Shown one piece after another: positions 17,701 to 29,618 of a stretch of DNA of 55,646 nt (position 1 is its first letter; every line of letters begins with the position of its first letter). Location: NCBI GenBank assembly GCA_009602735.1, contig WELA01002297.1, positions 216,161 through 271,806 of the forward strand. Direction: 5' to 3'. A program made the translations under genes and the position numbers. Source of the DNA: Mesotaenium endlicherianum (lineage: Eukaryota). The notes below the pieces were generated by a model that had not been told where the DNA came from, did no database searches, and worked only from the letters and a program-made list of their open reading frames with translations.

Positions 17701-20700
17701 GTCGTGGTAGTGAGGCGCCACCAGTTTTCCTTACTCCCCTCTCTCTCTCAGAAACACACACATACACGCGCGATCGTGCAGGCCTCTCCGTGGGCCACGC
17801 GAGCGAGCAGGGGCGTCCCAATCGCACCTTACGCTGCCAGGCGACGAACCAGAGCGTGCCCAGGGAGCCGAAGGAGTAGAAGACGGAGGGCCAGCCGTAG
17901 CGGTGGATGAGCGAGGGGCTGAAGGCCAGCCCCGTGACGGAGCCCAGGTACATGCCAGAGTACACCAGCGCCAGCGAGCGCGACCGCTCCGCCACCGGCA
18001 CCCACTGCGACAGCAGGTTGTTCATGGCCGGCATCGCCACCCCCTGCTCCCCCCCCCCCACACGCGCGCGCACGCACCAACGCGCGTCAGCACATCAGCA
18101 CAGTAGCAAGTGGGCACGCACACGCCCATGTCAATAAGCAGGCAGGCAGGCAGGCGCGCACGCACATGCGCCTTCAGGCACGCGGGAGCAGGGTGGCCCG
18201 GTTGAGGGTGGGGCTGACGATGAGGCTAGGGTGCCAGGCTGAGGTGCAGGCGACCAGGTAAGCCCTGCGCGCCCCCGCCTGTGCGTATGTGCTGGCCTCC
18301 GTCTCCGTCGCCGACTTCCTCTCTCTCTCTCTCTCTGCCTCACTTAGCGCTTGTGAAGTGAGGGGCCTACATTTTCTCTGAGTCCCAGTTGCAGTTCGTG
18401 TATGCGAATTCGTGCAAGATTGCCAGATAGGCAGAAGAGGAGGATGAATCACCGGGACATCCTTCTGCATCTATATTACATACCGGGGATGCACGTCAGG
18501 GGATGCAGACGAGTCAGATATGAAACACGAACATACGAGAGATACTGACGGTACCCAGGAGGTGAAATGACGATGATGCAGGCCAACGTAGAAAGAGAAC
18601 GCCGCACGCACGGGGAGGGTAGGCTGCACGCACGCTGCGCACACCATGAACGTACCTCGCCCACGCCCATGCAAGCGCGCGCAAACAGGAGCGCTGGGAG
18701 GCCCAGCTTGGCGGCGACAGGTGTCAGTATAGTGGCAATGGACCACCACACGACCCCGAAGCCCAACACCTGCTTTCCGCCGATGCTGTCTGCCCAGATG
18801 CCACCCGCCACCTGTCCCATGCCCACACAGGCGGAAGCAAGTCAAAGGGGGGGACAGGAGAAGGACAGGGGCGTGAGGAAACGGCTTGTGAGAATTCTTG
18901 TAGCTTCAACTGGCTGCCTGCTTGCATATGCGTGCAAACCGCAGGCGCGCGCGTGCGCGCACACACACACACACAATTAACGTGTTTTCTATGCCAACGG
19001 TATCTGTTCTCGTGTGACACTTCAAATTTGAGCTCAAAAAGCGAGCCTTCCACACATCCCGTCTTTTCGACAACCGACCATCTGCAAGGGGAAGAACAAG
19101 GGGGTGAAGGGAGGCATGAATTTGCACCAGCCTTCACTGGAAGAGCCCGGACTCATATACACACACACAGACACACACATGTCTGTGGCTTGGCGAGAAG
19201 GCCAGGAGCGTCGGGAGCAGCAAGGGCTCCTCCAGGCAGCGCGCACGAGGCTCATCTCAGAGAGCGCTCTTTCTGGCAGTGACGCAAGCGACACACTTAC
19301 GGTAGCAACAAAGGGTCACGCATGCACGCACTTGCAAAACGCGCGAGGAAGGACTGAGCCCTCCTCCCAGTCCCATCCTTTCCTCTTGAGCCATGCTGCG
19401 GACAAATCCTACGATCTGAAACCAAGCCTGTCCCACCATAATTCTACGTTAATCCAGATATGTTTGCATGGACTAAAAGCTCCCACTCAGAATTGCAGAG
19501 AATTGCAAGTAGTGACATGCGCGAGACCGCAGAGCCTCTGATCAGAAGATGTGACGATCTGTGTCTCCCACTGAAGCCGCTGGCTCTCAAGCCACAACCT
19601 TCTCCCCAATTGTTAAAAAATTCAGATCCATTGTCAGAAGGGGAGGCGGGCAGGATGGAGGGGGAGGAGAGGGAGAGGGCGGGGAGGAAGGGGACGCGGT
19701 TGGACAGTGCTCTGACTGGCTGTGTAGGGGCGCGTCTGATCTCTAATGTTTTTTGTTCTGGGAAGATCTACTTTGGGTAGGGGCAGGGGCACGGGGCAGG
19801 GGCAGGGGTCAGGGTGGAGGAGAGCCCTACCTGGGTGAGGAGGTAGCCCCAGAAGAAGGAGGACTGGACCAGGCCGACGGTGGTGGGCGACCACTTGTAC
19901 TGCTCCGACATGGGCAGGATGGCGATGCTCATGTTCACCTGCACCCCCACAGGCGCGCGCGCAGGCAGGCGGTCAGACGGGCCCACTAGGGGCACGCGTT
20001 TGTTTTGTGCACAGATCTGAAGTGCAGGTCCACACACAGCAAAAGTCCAAGGGTGATCCGCGTACAGGGCAGCTATGGGCACCGCGGAGAATCTCATCCC
20101 TGGTCAAACACATAAAGAATGATTCTCCAAATACACTTTTGTAATTGACATATATATACAAGTATATTCATAAAGCATCTATCATATATGTATACATGCA
20201 TACATATATTTTATATGATATGAGCTTGGCGCACGAACACGTACCCGGTCCATGTTGCAGAGTAGGAAGGCGAAGAAGCACAGCAGCACAATCGTCCACC
20301 TCGTCTGCCACCGCTTGCTGCCGCCACCTGTCGCTGCCTCCTCGCCCGCCTTGCCGTTGGCCACACCTGCTGCCGTCCCCGCCCCCATCCCCGTCGGCAG
20401 CGTGCCACTTGTCGCCAGCTCCATTTCCTCCTCCGCTGCCCCCAGCGCCTCTGACGCCGCTGCCGCCATGCTGGCCCCGTTCTGCTCCACTCCTGGCGCG
20501 CCACCTGTCGACGACACAGGAGCCGTCCCAGGAGCCTCCCCTATGCTGCTGCTGTCGCCACCGCCGCCGCCGCTCGCTGCGGCCCCGCCGCCAACGCCGC
20601 CGGGCGTTGCACCGGCGACGCCCGAGGCGCCACGCGCGCGGTCGCGAGATCCAAAGACGGGGCTCTGGCCTTGCGCACTCTGCACGCCCGTGCTGAAGGA

Positions 20701-21031
20701 GCTGCTGGCAGAGCCCCCCAGGCGGCTGGAGAGACTGTGGCCAAACAGGGGCGAAGGGCTCCGGCTCTGTTGGAGGCAGCGGCGGCCCGCGTGGGCCGGC
20801 GAGGACGCAGCAGCGCGTGGGAGACCCCCGCGCACGAGACCGTGTACAGCCGGCTCTACGCGGCGGAGACTCGCACCTGCAGCAAAAGACGAGCGACGCC
20901 CCCACTCCCCGCCAATCAGAGCCTCCCCGCGGACAGAGCCTCCGGCCAGAGAGCTCAGACGCGGTCAAGCCCGCCAGCCGCTGTCAATCTCCCCCGCTGC
21001 CTTCCTCACCCCCTCGCTGCCGTGCCTGCAT
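13143..21031 (-). CDS. PHT4: PHT4/SLC17-family MFS anion (phosphate/ascorbate) transporter, probably plastid-targeted, about 611 aa
   Basis: Minus-strand exons 21031-21010, 20876-20245, 19938-19831, 18811-18656, 18043-17828, 16798-16586, 16018-15881, 15352-15251, 14811-14746, 13922-13838, 13240-13143; 1836 nt in frame. Motifs: RWTIVLLCFFAFLLCNMDRVNMSIAILPMS, QSSFFWGYLLTQ, GEGVAMPAMNNLLSQWVPVAERSRSLALVYSGMYLGS, HFCHNWGTFILLTWMPTYY, SQSGLYSNHQDIGPRYSGVLLGISNTAG, STGEKILD*. The N-terminal extension is Ser/Arg/Ala-rich. The 22-nt first coding exon is less certain. Confidence 0.93.
14682..14718 (+). repeat. (CA)n microsatellite in a PHT4 intron
   Basis: Directly visible dinucleotide run. Confidence 0.85.
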
Positions 21032-24000
21032 TCACCTGCAGAGCCCGCTTGCGGCGTGCATGCATGGGTGGATGGATGGATGCTTGCATGCATGCATCCA
21101 TGCGCGAGGACCTCTCTGTGGTGATCCGCAATCCTCCCCCCTCGTCACGTCCCTCGCACGTGGAGCCCTGAAGCTGCGACGCTTGCAGCAAGGGCCAGAA
21201 GGGTACCTGCATTGATGCTGCCCTCCCTCAATCGTCCTCACTCTCACCGGGTCAACTCTATCTCTGTCGTGACATAGGCCCCACTGTATTCCGGTGTACT
21301 TTCAACTCTCCTCCTCAGCTTGCACAGCTGCAGGAGAGGGCGAAGGAAGGGAGAGCATGCGGGGAAAGCAGGGGGAGTGGGGGGGTGGGATGGAGATGGA
21401 TGGGCGAGGCTCCACCCCTGTTATGCACACGTGGCACCATCCACTGCCACCTTGCCTATACGCAGGCTCCTATTGGTAGCAAGTGCAGCACAGCAAGAGT
21501 GCATGCTGGCGCCCCATGGATATGGCCTCCTCCCAAGACTCAAGACAATCATCCAGACAAGGGAGGCTAGCATGCAGACGACAGCTGTTCTTGCCACTGG
21601 ACGCTAGCCATGTGTCGCCCACCACCCAGCAAGCTCCAAAGGCCACCGCTCTGCTCTCCCTCAGCCTCCCCGGGTGTCGTCCCACCCCACATGCATAGCT
21701 GTCGCCTATGAGAGCGACGAACGCACCCCCCTCCCTCCTTAGTATGACCTCAACTGAAAGGAGCACTATTCGCACACAGAAAAAAGTAACTCAAACACAC
21801 AAGTTGTTCTTTCAGTGTCACCAAAAAGACCCTCCCCTGCTGCTCCGCTCCTCTGATCCACCGATCCTACCCCAGGGCCAAACTCTCCATGCCCGTCCGC
21901 TGCAAAGCCGCAACGCATGCATGAAGCTCGTCGCCAACCCCGGAACAAAAATGGGGTACAGGTCAATAGGGTTTCAGGTCTGCATCACTCTCAAGCACAA
22001 GATGCGCGGCGCGCTGCACAGCAGGTGACTACACAGTCTATGAGGAGCTTCACACACAGGACAGGTGCTTGCACCCTTCCTAATAATGACGCCAGCCGAA
22101 TTTCACCACTTTAGAAGGCACAACATGGAGCGTCACTGGCACAGCTCGCATGGTGTATGCACATGAAGACGTCTCTGCTATGTCTGCGGGCGTGAGTATG
22201 TTTATGTGTGCTCATAGAAGAGGTGCAAAAAATGCTCAGACGTACAAAAGCTAACTCATAAAAGACACCCCCCCCCCCCATTCCTCCCCACCTCAGTTAC
22301 TTAGGGACAAATATGGCAACAAGCTGTCCCTGAGGAAACTTCTGCTCTGATCAAAATACACACTCTGCCCCATACGTACACTAAACCACACAAAAAGTAC
22401 GCAAAATACATCTATATAGCCTCTTACATTACCTACTGACACATACATGCGCATCTGCAATATGTTCCTTGAGGTCCATGTGCATGTCAACGTGTTTCTT
22501 CAGATCCAGCCGTTTAACCTATGTTCCTAGCAAGGACGTGCATCCTCCACTTTGCACATTAGCTACCGCTAGTTATGTGGTTTCAAAGTACTTGACACGA
22601 CAAGCAAGCACTCATGTTACTGGACTTTCAGAACTTTCTAGCAGAAGGTTGCCAAACAGCAAACAAGTCCCATATCTAGGACCACAGTACATAGAACCAT
22701 ACCCACTAAATTGCAGAACATTAATTTGATGTGGCAGGGCTTAAAGCTGACCTGGCAGAGGAGATAAGCGCCCACATTGCGCAACATGGCAGCCGGCTGT
22801 GGAGCCGGTGGGAACCCCCAAAGAGGTTGCACATCTCCCTGTGAAGTGGCTTGTGGAGAAAACAAGCCCCTGGCATCCCAAAAGGGCTGCCGCACTCATG
22901 CTGCTCAAATCTGGCTGTTCCCACCAAGCTGGATCAGGTTAAGACCTGGGTCCAGAGCTTGTCGAAAGGCAAATAAGAACAGGACCAGGAGTATCTTTTA
23001 CTATACGAACCTTTAAGCGGAACTATGTCTCATGTTGAACTCTGTCTTTCAGGGCTGAAGAAGTCAAACTACCTACTGATTCTTTTCTGTCTTCAAGAAG
23101 TGCGCCTAAAAGCGGAGGCCAACGTTATTCGTGTAACTCCCTTCGTCAATGTGCCGTTGATCTGCTCGTTCTCTCTTTCTTATCACGAAATGCAACCAGC
23201 TCCTAGCTCAAAACTGTCAAGAAACTTACGGACTATAAGTTGAGCACATGAAAAAAAAAGAGTTGCCAGTCAATCCTCCAAGCGATGAGCTGCTGAGCTG
23301 CCAAGCGGCTGAGCTTGCCCCCCAAGTAGTGTAACTCGTACAGTAAATATGATGTATAAGCGAGTGTGCATGTATGCCTGAACACTATGTAAAGTACTTC
23401 TCAGATAAAATGCGCTCCCGAGCTGTTCAAATTCGGCTTCGCTGTGCAAACATCAGCTCTGCCCTCTTTCAGCAGGTAGTAGAGACAGCGAAATAAGACC
23501 AGCTCTGTTTATGCGAAATTTGATGGCACACTACAGGGGTTGCTCTCAGTACGCTTTAGCTTTCCTGTCTATGTCGTCTAGCATCAATGTCAAAGTATTG
23601 TATCTCCGTAAGACATCCTCTAGCGCTGGCCCATTTCTTAAAAATGGCTGACACGTCGTCTACTGTCCCATGAGCGTCTGTCTGCATGCCGAGCGACGAG
23701 CAGCAGGAGAAACAGTAGCGTACAGGATAATGTGGGGGTATAAGAACGTAATGCAGACGAACCAGCTTCATCTGGTGAGAGATTTTGCTGCAGTGGGGAA
23801 GCTGAGGCAAGCCCCGCGCTTCCTCCTAGGGCCGATGCCCTTAGACTACGTGGAGTCCTGTGAAAGCGTGACGGTGAAAAAAGGTCGACGCGTTTCGACA
23901 CGTAATTGATCTATGCACCACTACAATATGGCCCAATTTGTCCCCTCCTGATGAAAGGCATCTGCCAAATCACTCGCACTTTGTTTGTGGGGGGTCAATT

Positions 24001-24500
24001 TCGTGTTTTCCGCCAAACTCAGGAAAGCTGCCAAAAGTTCAAAAATAACTATGTCGGTCGGTCCCTCTTCGATAGGCTTTAAAAACACACGAGTAGGCTA
24101 CAGCCTGCGCACTGGTTTGCACTTGATGGTAAGACGAGCATATGATAAGTCTGAGCTACTTGACCACCATGATCCGAGGACAATTAAAAGAGAAGCATTG
24201 TTGCGTCAGGCCTCATGGACCACCTGTCGAGTTCTTCACAAGTGTGAGGCGTGATGTCTTGATGTCGCTCCTTATTTCATGACCTGTTTACCCAAGCTTT
24301 AGTTTCGCTAAGAAGCTGGGTGGAGAGTAGTTTTTTGCTGCCACAAAGCAGTTAAGTACCTCATGGTTCTTGGTTCTAGCTATTATATTCCCCTTTCAGC
24401 GTGAACGTACGTTGGTGGCTGCCAGCTTTGAGCACGTCCAATGTGCTCATGCCAAGTCGAGCTTAACTTGTATTCAGCCTGAGGCATCAGCTACGCGAAT

Positions 24501-24778
24501 ATGCCAATCTACACATCTTTTAGACGCCCGCGTTCTGGCGTTAGGATATGGAGACCATTAATTGTACTCCTGGTAGGAGGAATTTGCTTGTTTGCTTTTA
24601 AGCACTATATCACCCTCTTTTCTTGCCCCCAAGAAAGACGGACTTCGCAGGAACCACCGGCATTAAAATTAGGAGGTTTCCCGACCAGCCTTGACATATG
24701 CCCAGAACTGCCCGAAATTCCTTATAAAGACCCTGATCGGATTCCCCGCTCGTATCCTCTGCCCCAAACATTTTCCAG
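24501..24778 (+). other. Duplicate copy of sulfotransferase exon 1 within the tandem duplication
   Basis: Identical to 29619-29896. Confidence 0.8.
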
Positions 24779-25779
24779 GTACTCACCAATCATGCTGCCA
24801 TGATGAGATCTCATAACTTCTCCCAGTCGAAAATCTCTCCTTACAGCCCTGATGCATGAAAGTTACTGACATGACAAAGGAAATGTTATGATTTGTCACG
24901 GCATGATTATAGGAAGGAGGATGGGATAATTGAACAACTGTTAGTTACGGCATGGTTATAGGGAGGAGGGTGGCGGATCTGCAGGACGCGTAACAGACTC
25001 GGGAGCAACTGAGATCCGGGGCTCCAAGCATCTAGTAGATTATATTTATCTCCCTTCAAGCTATGTCGGCCCACAAGCGCTGGAACATTCTATGCGGTTT
25101 TTGAGTATCTAACTTGTGACGCGCGGTGAAGACGAGCGTTAGGAGCTTGTCGAAGAGTTAAGGGTGGACCACAGCAATGGCTTGTCGAAGAGTTACGGGT
25201 AAAGCACAGCTATCTTATGGAAAAGTTAGAATTGTAGAAGTAAAAAATGTGACAAGTATTACTCATTGGTAGTGTTTAATTTTGGAGAGGCTCTAGTGTG
25301 TGAGTCACCAGCAACTCAGGCACTTAAGTGGGCTCACCAGTGCTGGTGAGCCCAGGGGTTGGCTTTGCATGGGGGCCTTGGAGATGAAGGGCAAGTTCAG
25401 TGTGTGGACGGAGGTGAATGACAAGTGTGGTCGGCGCCTTGGGTGTCCTCACCTTTGCACCTTGCCACTACGTTGTGTGTTGCCCCCTCCTCCTGCTCCC
25501 GCTCCTGCAATACCACTCGTTGCACCACTGCCTTGCACAAAGGAACCATCGTGAGGTTGCAGGGGTGAGGGTTCGAGCTCAGGGTTTTGTGGTCAGGTTT
25601 CAAGCCCCCCCCGCAGCGGGTTCGTGTCAGTGATGACTTCTGGCGGCAGGATGAAAGGGAGAGGGGGTCGCGTACGTTATGGCTCAGAGTATCTGTGGTC
25701 TGGAGAGAACATGAATTTGGTGATTGCAGCTGGAGGCTCGATATGCCTGGTCTGCCTGCTCTAAAAACTGACCCTTTTN

Positions 25780-26149
25780 GCTCTGGCCTTGCGCACTCTG
25801 CACGCCCGTGCTGAAGGAGCTGCTGGCAGAGCCCCCCAGGCGGCTGGAGAGACTGTGGCCAAACAGGGGCGAAGGGCTCCGGCTCTGTTGGAGGCAGCGG
25901 CGGCCCGCGTGGGCCGGCGAGGACGCAGCAGCGCGTGGGAGACCCCCGCGCACGAGACCGTGTACAGCCGGCTCTACGCGGCGGAGACTCGCACCTGCAG
26001 CAAAAGACGAGCGACGCCCCCACTCCCCGCCAATCAGAGCCTCCCCGCGGACAGAGCCTCCGGCCAGAGAGCTCAGACGCGGTCAAGCCCGCCAGCCGCT
26101 GTCAATCTCCCCCGCTGCCTTCCTCACCCCCTCGCTGCCGTGCCTGCAT
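25780..26149 (-). other. Duplicate, truncated copy of the PHT4 5' coding region
   Basis: Identical to 20662-21031 and cut off at the N junction. Confidence 0.75.
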
Positions 26150-29100
26150 TCACCTGCAGAGCCCGCTTGCGGCGTGCATGCATGGGTGGATGGATGGATG
26201 CTTGCATGCATGCATCCATGCGCGAGGACCTCTCTGTGGTGATCCGCAATCCTCCCCCCTCGTCACGTCCCTCGCACGTGGAGCCCTGAAGCTGCGACGC
26301 TTGCAGCAAGGGCCAGAAGGGTACCTGCATTGATGCTGCCCTCCCTCAATCGTCCTCACTCTCACCGGGTCAACTCTATCTCTGTCGTGACATAGGCCCC
26401 ACTGTATTCCGGTGTACTTTCAACTCTCCTCCTCAGCTTGCACAGCTGCAGGAGAGGGCGAAGGAAGGGAGAGCATGCGGGGAAAGCAGGGGGAGTGGGG
26501 GGGTGGGATGGAGATGGATGGGCGAGGCTCCACCCCTGTTATGCACACGTGGCACCATCCACTGCCACCTTGCCTATACGCAGGCTCCTATTGGTAGCAA
26601 GTGCAGCACAGCAAGAGTGCATGCTGGCGCCCCATGGATATGGCCTCCTCCCAAGACTCAAGACAATCATCCAGACAAGGGAGGCTAGCATGCAGACGAC
26701 AGCTGTTCTTGCCACTGGACGCTAGCCATGTGTCGCCCACCACCCAGCAAGCTCCAAAGGCCACCGCTCTGCTCTCCCTCAGCCTCCCCGGGTGTCGTCC
26801 CACCCCACATGCATAGCTGTCGCCTATGAGAGCGACGAACGCACCCCCCTCCCTCCTTAGTATGACCTCAACTGAAAGGAGCACTATTCGCACACAGAAA
26901 AAAGTAACTCAAACACACAAGTTGTTCTTTCAGTGTCACCAAAAAGACCCTCCCCTGCTGCTCCGCTCCTCTGATCCACCGATCCTACCCCAGGGCCAAA
27001 CTCTCCATGCCCGTCCGCTGCAAAGCCGCAACGCATGCATGAAGCTCGTCGCCAACCCCGGAACAAAAATGGGGTACAGGTCAATAGGGTTTCAGGTCTG
27101 CATCACTCTCAAGCACAAGATGCGCGGCGCGCTGCACAGCAGGTGACTACACAGTCTATGAGGAGCTTCACACACAGGACAGGTGCTTGCACCCTTCCTA
27201 ATAATGACGCCAGCCGAATTTCACCACTTTAGAAGGCACAACATGGAGCGTCACTGGCACAGCTCGCATGGTGTATGCACATGAAGACGTCTCTGCTATG
27301 TCTGCGGGCGTGAGTATGTTTATGTGTGCTCATAGAAGAGGTGCAAAAAATGCTCAGACGTACAAAAGCTAACTCATAAAAGACACCCCCCCCCCCCATT
27401 CCTCCCCACCTCAGTTACTTAGGGACAAATATGGCAACAAGCTGTCCCTGAGGAAACTTCTGCTCTGATCAAAATACACACTCTGCCCCATACGTACACT
27501 AAACCACACAAAAAGTACGCAAAATACATCTATATAGCCTCTTACATTACCTACTGACACATACATGCGCATCTGCAATATGTTCCTTGAGGTCCATGTG
27601 CATGTCAACGTGTTTCTTCAGATCCAGCCGTTTAACCTATGTTCCTAGCAAGGACGTGCATCCTCCACTTTGCACATTAGCTACCGCTAGTTATGTGGTT
27701 TCAAAGTACTTGACACGACAAGCAAGCACTCATGTTACTGGACTTTCAGAACTTTCTAGCAGAAGGTTGCCAAACAGCAAACAAGTCCCATATCTAGGAC
27801 CACAGTACATAGAACCATACCCACTAAATTGCAGAACATTAATTTGATGTGGCAGGGCTTAAAGCTGACCTGGCAGAGGAGATAAGCGCCCACATTGCGC
27901 AACATGGCAGCCGGCTGTGGAGCCGGTGGGAACCCCCAAAGAGGTTGCACATCTCCCTGTGAAGTGGCTTGTGGAGAAAACAAGCCCCTGGCATCCCAAA
28001 AGGGCTGCCGCACTCATGCTGCTCAAATCTGGCTGTTCCCACCAAGCTGGATCAGGTTAAGACCTGGGTCCAGAGCTTGTCGAAAGGCAAATAAGAACAG
28101 GACCAGGAGTATCTTTTACTATACGAACCTTTAAGCGGAACTATGTCTCATGTTGAACTCTGTCTTTCAGGGCTGAAGAAGTCAAACTACCTACTGATTC
28201 TTTTCTGTCTTCAAGAAGTGCGCCTAAAAGCGGAGGCCAACGTTATTCGTGTAACTCCCTTCGTCAATGTGCCGTTGATCTGCTCGTTCTCTCTTTCTTA
28301 TCACGAAATGCAACCAGCTCCTAGCTCAAAACTGTCAAGAAACTTACGGACTATAAGTTGAGCACATGAAAAAAAAAGAGTTGCCAGTCAATCCTCCAAG
28401 CGATGAGCTGCTGAGCTGCCAAGCGGCTGAGCTTGCCCCCCAAGTAGTGTAACTCGTACAGTAAATATGATGTATAAGCGAGTGTGCATGTATGCCTGAA
28501 CACTATGTAAAGTACTTCTCAGATAAAATGCGCTCCCGAGCTGTTCAAATTCGGCTTCGCTGTGCAAACATCAGCTCTGCCCTCTTTCAGCAGGTAGTAG
28601 AGACAGCGAAATAAGACCAGCTCTGTTTATGCGAAATTTGATGGCACACTACAGGGGTTGCTCTCAGTACGCTTTAGCTTTCCTGTCTATGTCGTCTAGC
28701 ATCAATGTCAAAGTATTGTATCTCCGTAAGACATCCTCTAGCGCTGGCCCATTTCTTAAAAATGGCTGACACGTCGTCTACTGTCCCATGAGCGTCTGTC
28801 TGCATGCCGAGCGACGAGCAGCAGGAGAAACAGTAGCGTACAGGATAATGTGGGGGTATAAGAACGTAATGCAGACGAACCAGCTTCATCTGGTGAGAGA
28901 TTTTGCTGCAGTGGGGAAGCTGAGGCAAGCCCCGCGCTTCCTCCTAGGGCCGATGCCCTTAGACTACGTGGAGTCCTGTGAAAGCGTGACGGTGAAAAAA
29001 GGTCGACGCGTTTCGACACGTAATTGATCTATGCACCACTACAATATGGCCCAATTTGTCCCCTCCTGATGAAAGGCATCTGCCAAATCACTCGCACTTT

Positions 29101-29618
29101 GTTTGTGGGGGGTCAATTTCGTGTTTTCCGCCAAACTCAGGAAAGCTGCCAAAAGTTCAAAAATAACTATGTCGGTCGGTCCCTCTTCGATAGGCTTTAA
29201 AAACACACGAGTAGGCTACAGCCTGCGCACTGGTTTGCACTTGATGGTAAGACGAGCATATGATAAGTCTGAGCTACTTGACCACCATGATCCGAGGACA
29301 ATTAAAAGAGAAGCATTGTTGCGTCAGGCCTCATGGACCACCTGTCGAGTTCTTCACAAGTGTGAGGCGTGATGTCTTGATGTCGCTCCTTATTTCATGA
29401 CCTGTTTACCCAAGCTTTAGTTTCGCTAAGAAGCTGGGTGGAGAGTAGTTTTTTGCTGCCACAAAGCAGTTAAGTACCTCATGGTTCTTGGTTCTAGCTA
29501 TTATATTCCCCTTTCAGCGTGAACGTACGTTGGTGGCTGCCAGCTTTGAGCACGTCCAATGTGCTCATGCCAAGTCGAGCTTAACTTGTATTCAGCCTGA
29601 GGCATCAGCTACGCGAAT

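Noticed and set aside
15800..21124. Long plus-strand ORFs (15800-16945, 20252-21124)
   Set aside because: They are antisense shadows of GC-rich PHT4 exons and introns with no recognisable domain.
21200..24400. Many short ORFs between PHT4 and the sulfotransferase, repeated at 26300-29500
   Set aside because: No motifs, no codon bias and no consistent exon chain; recurrence is explained by the duplication.
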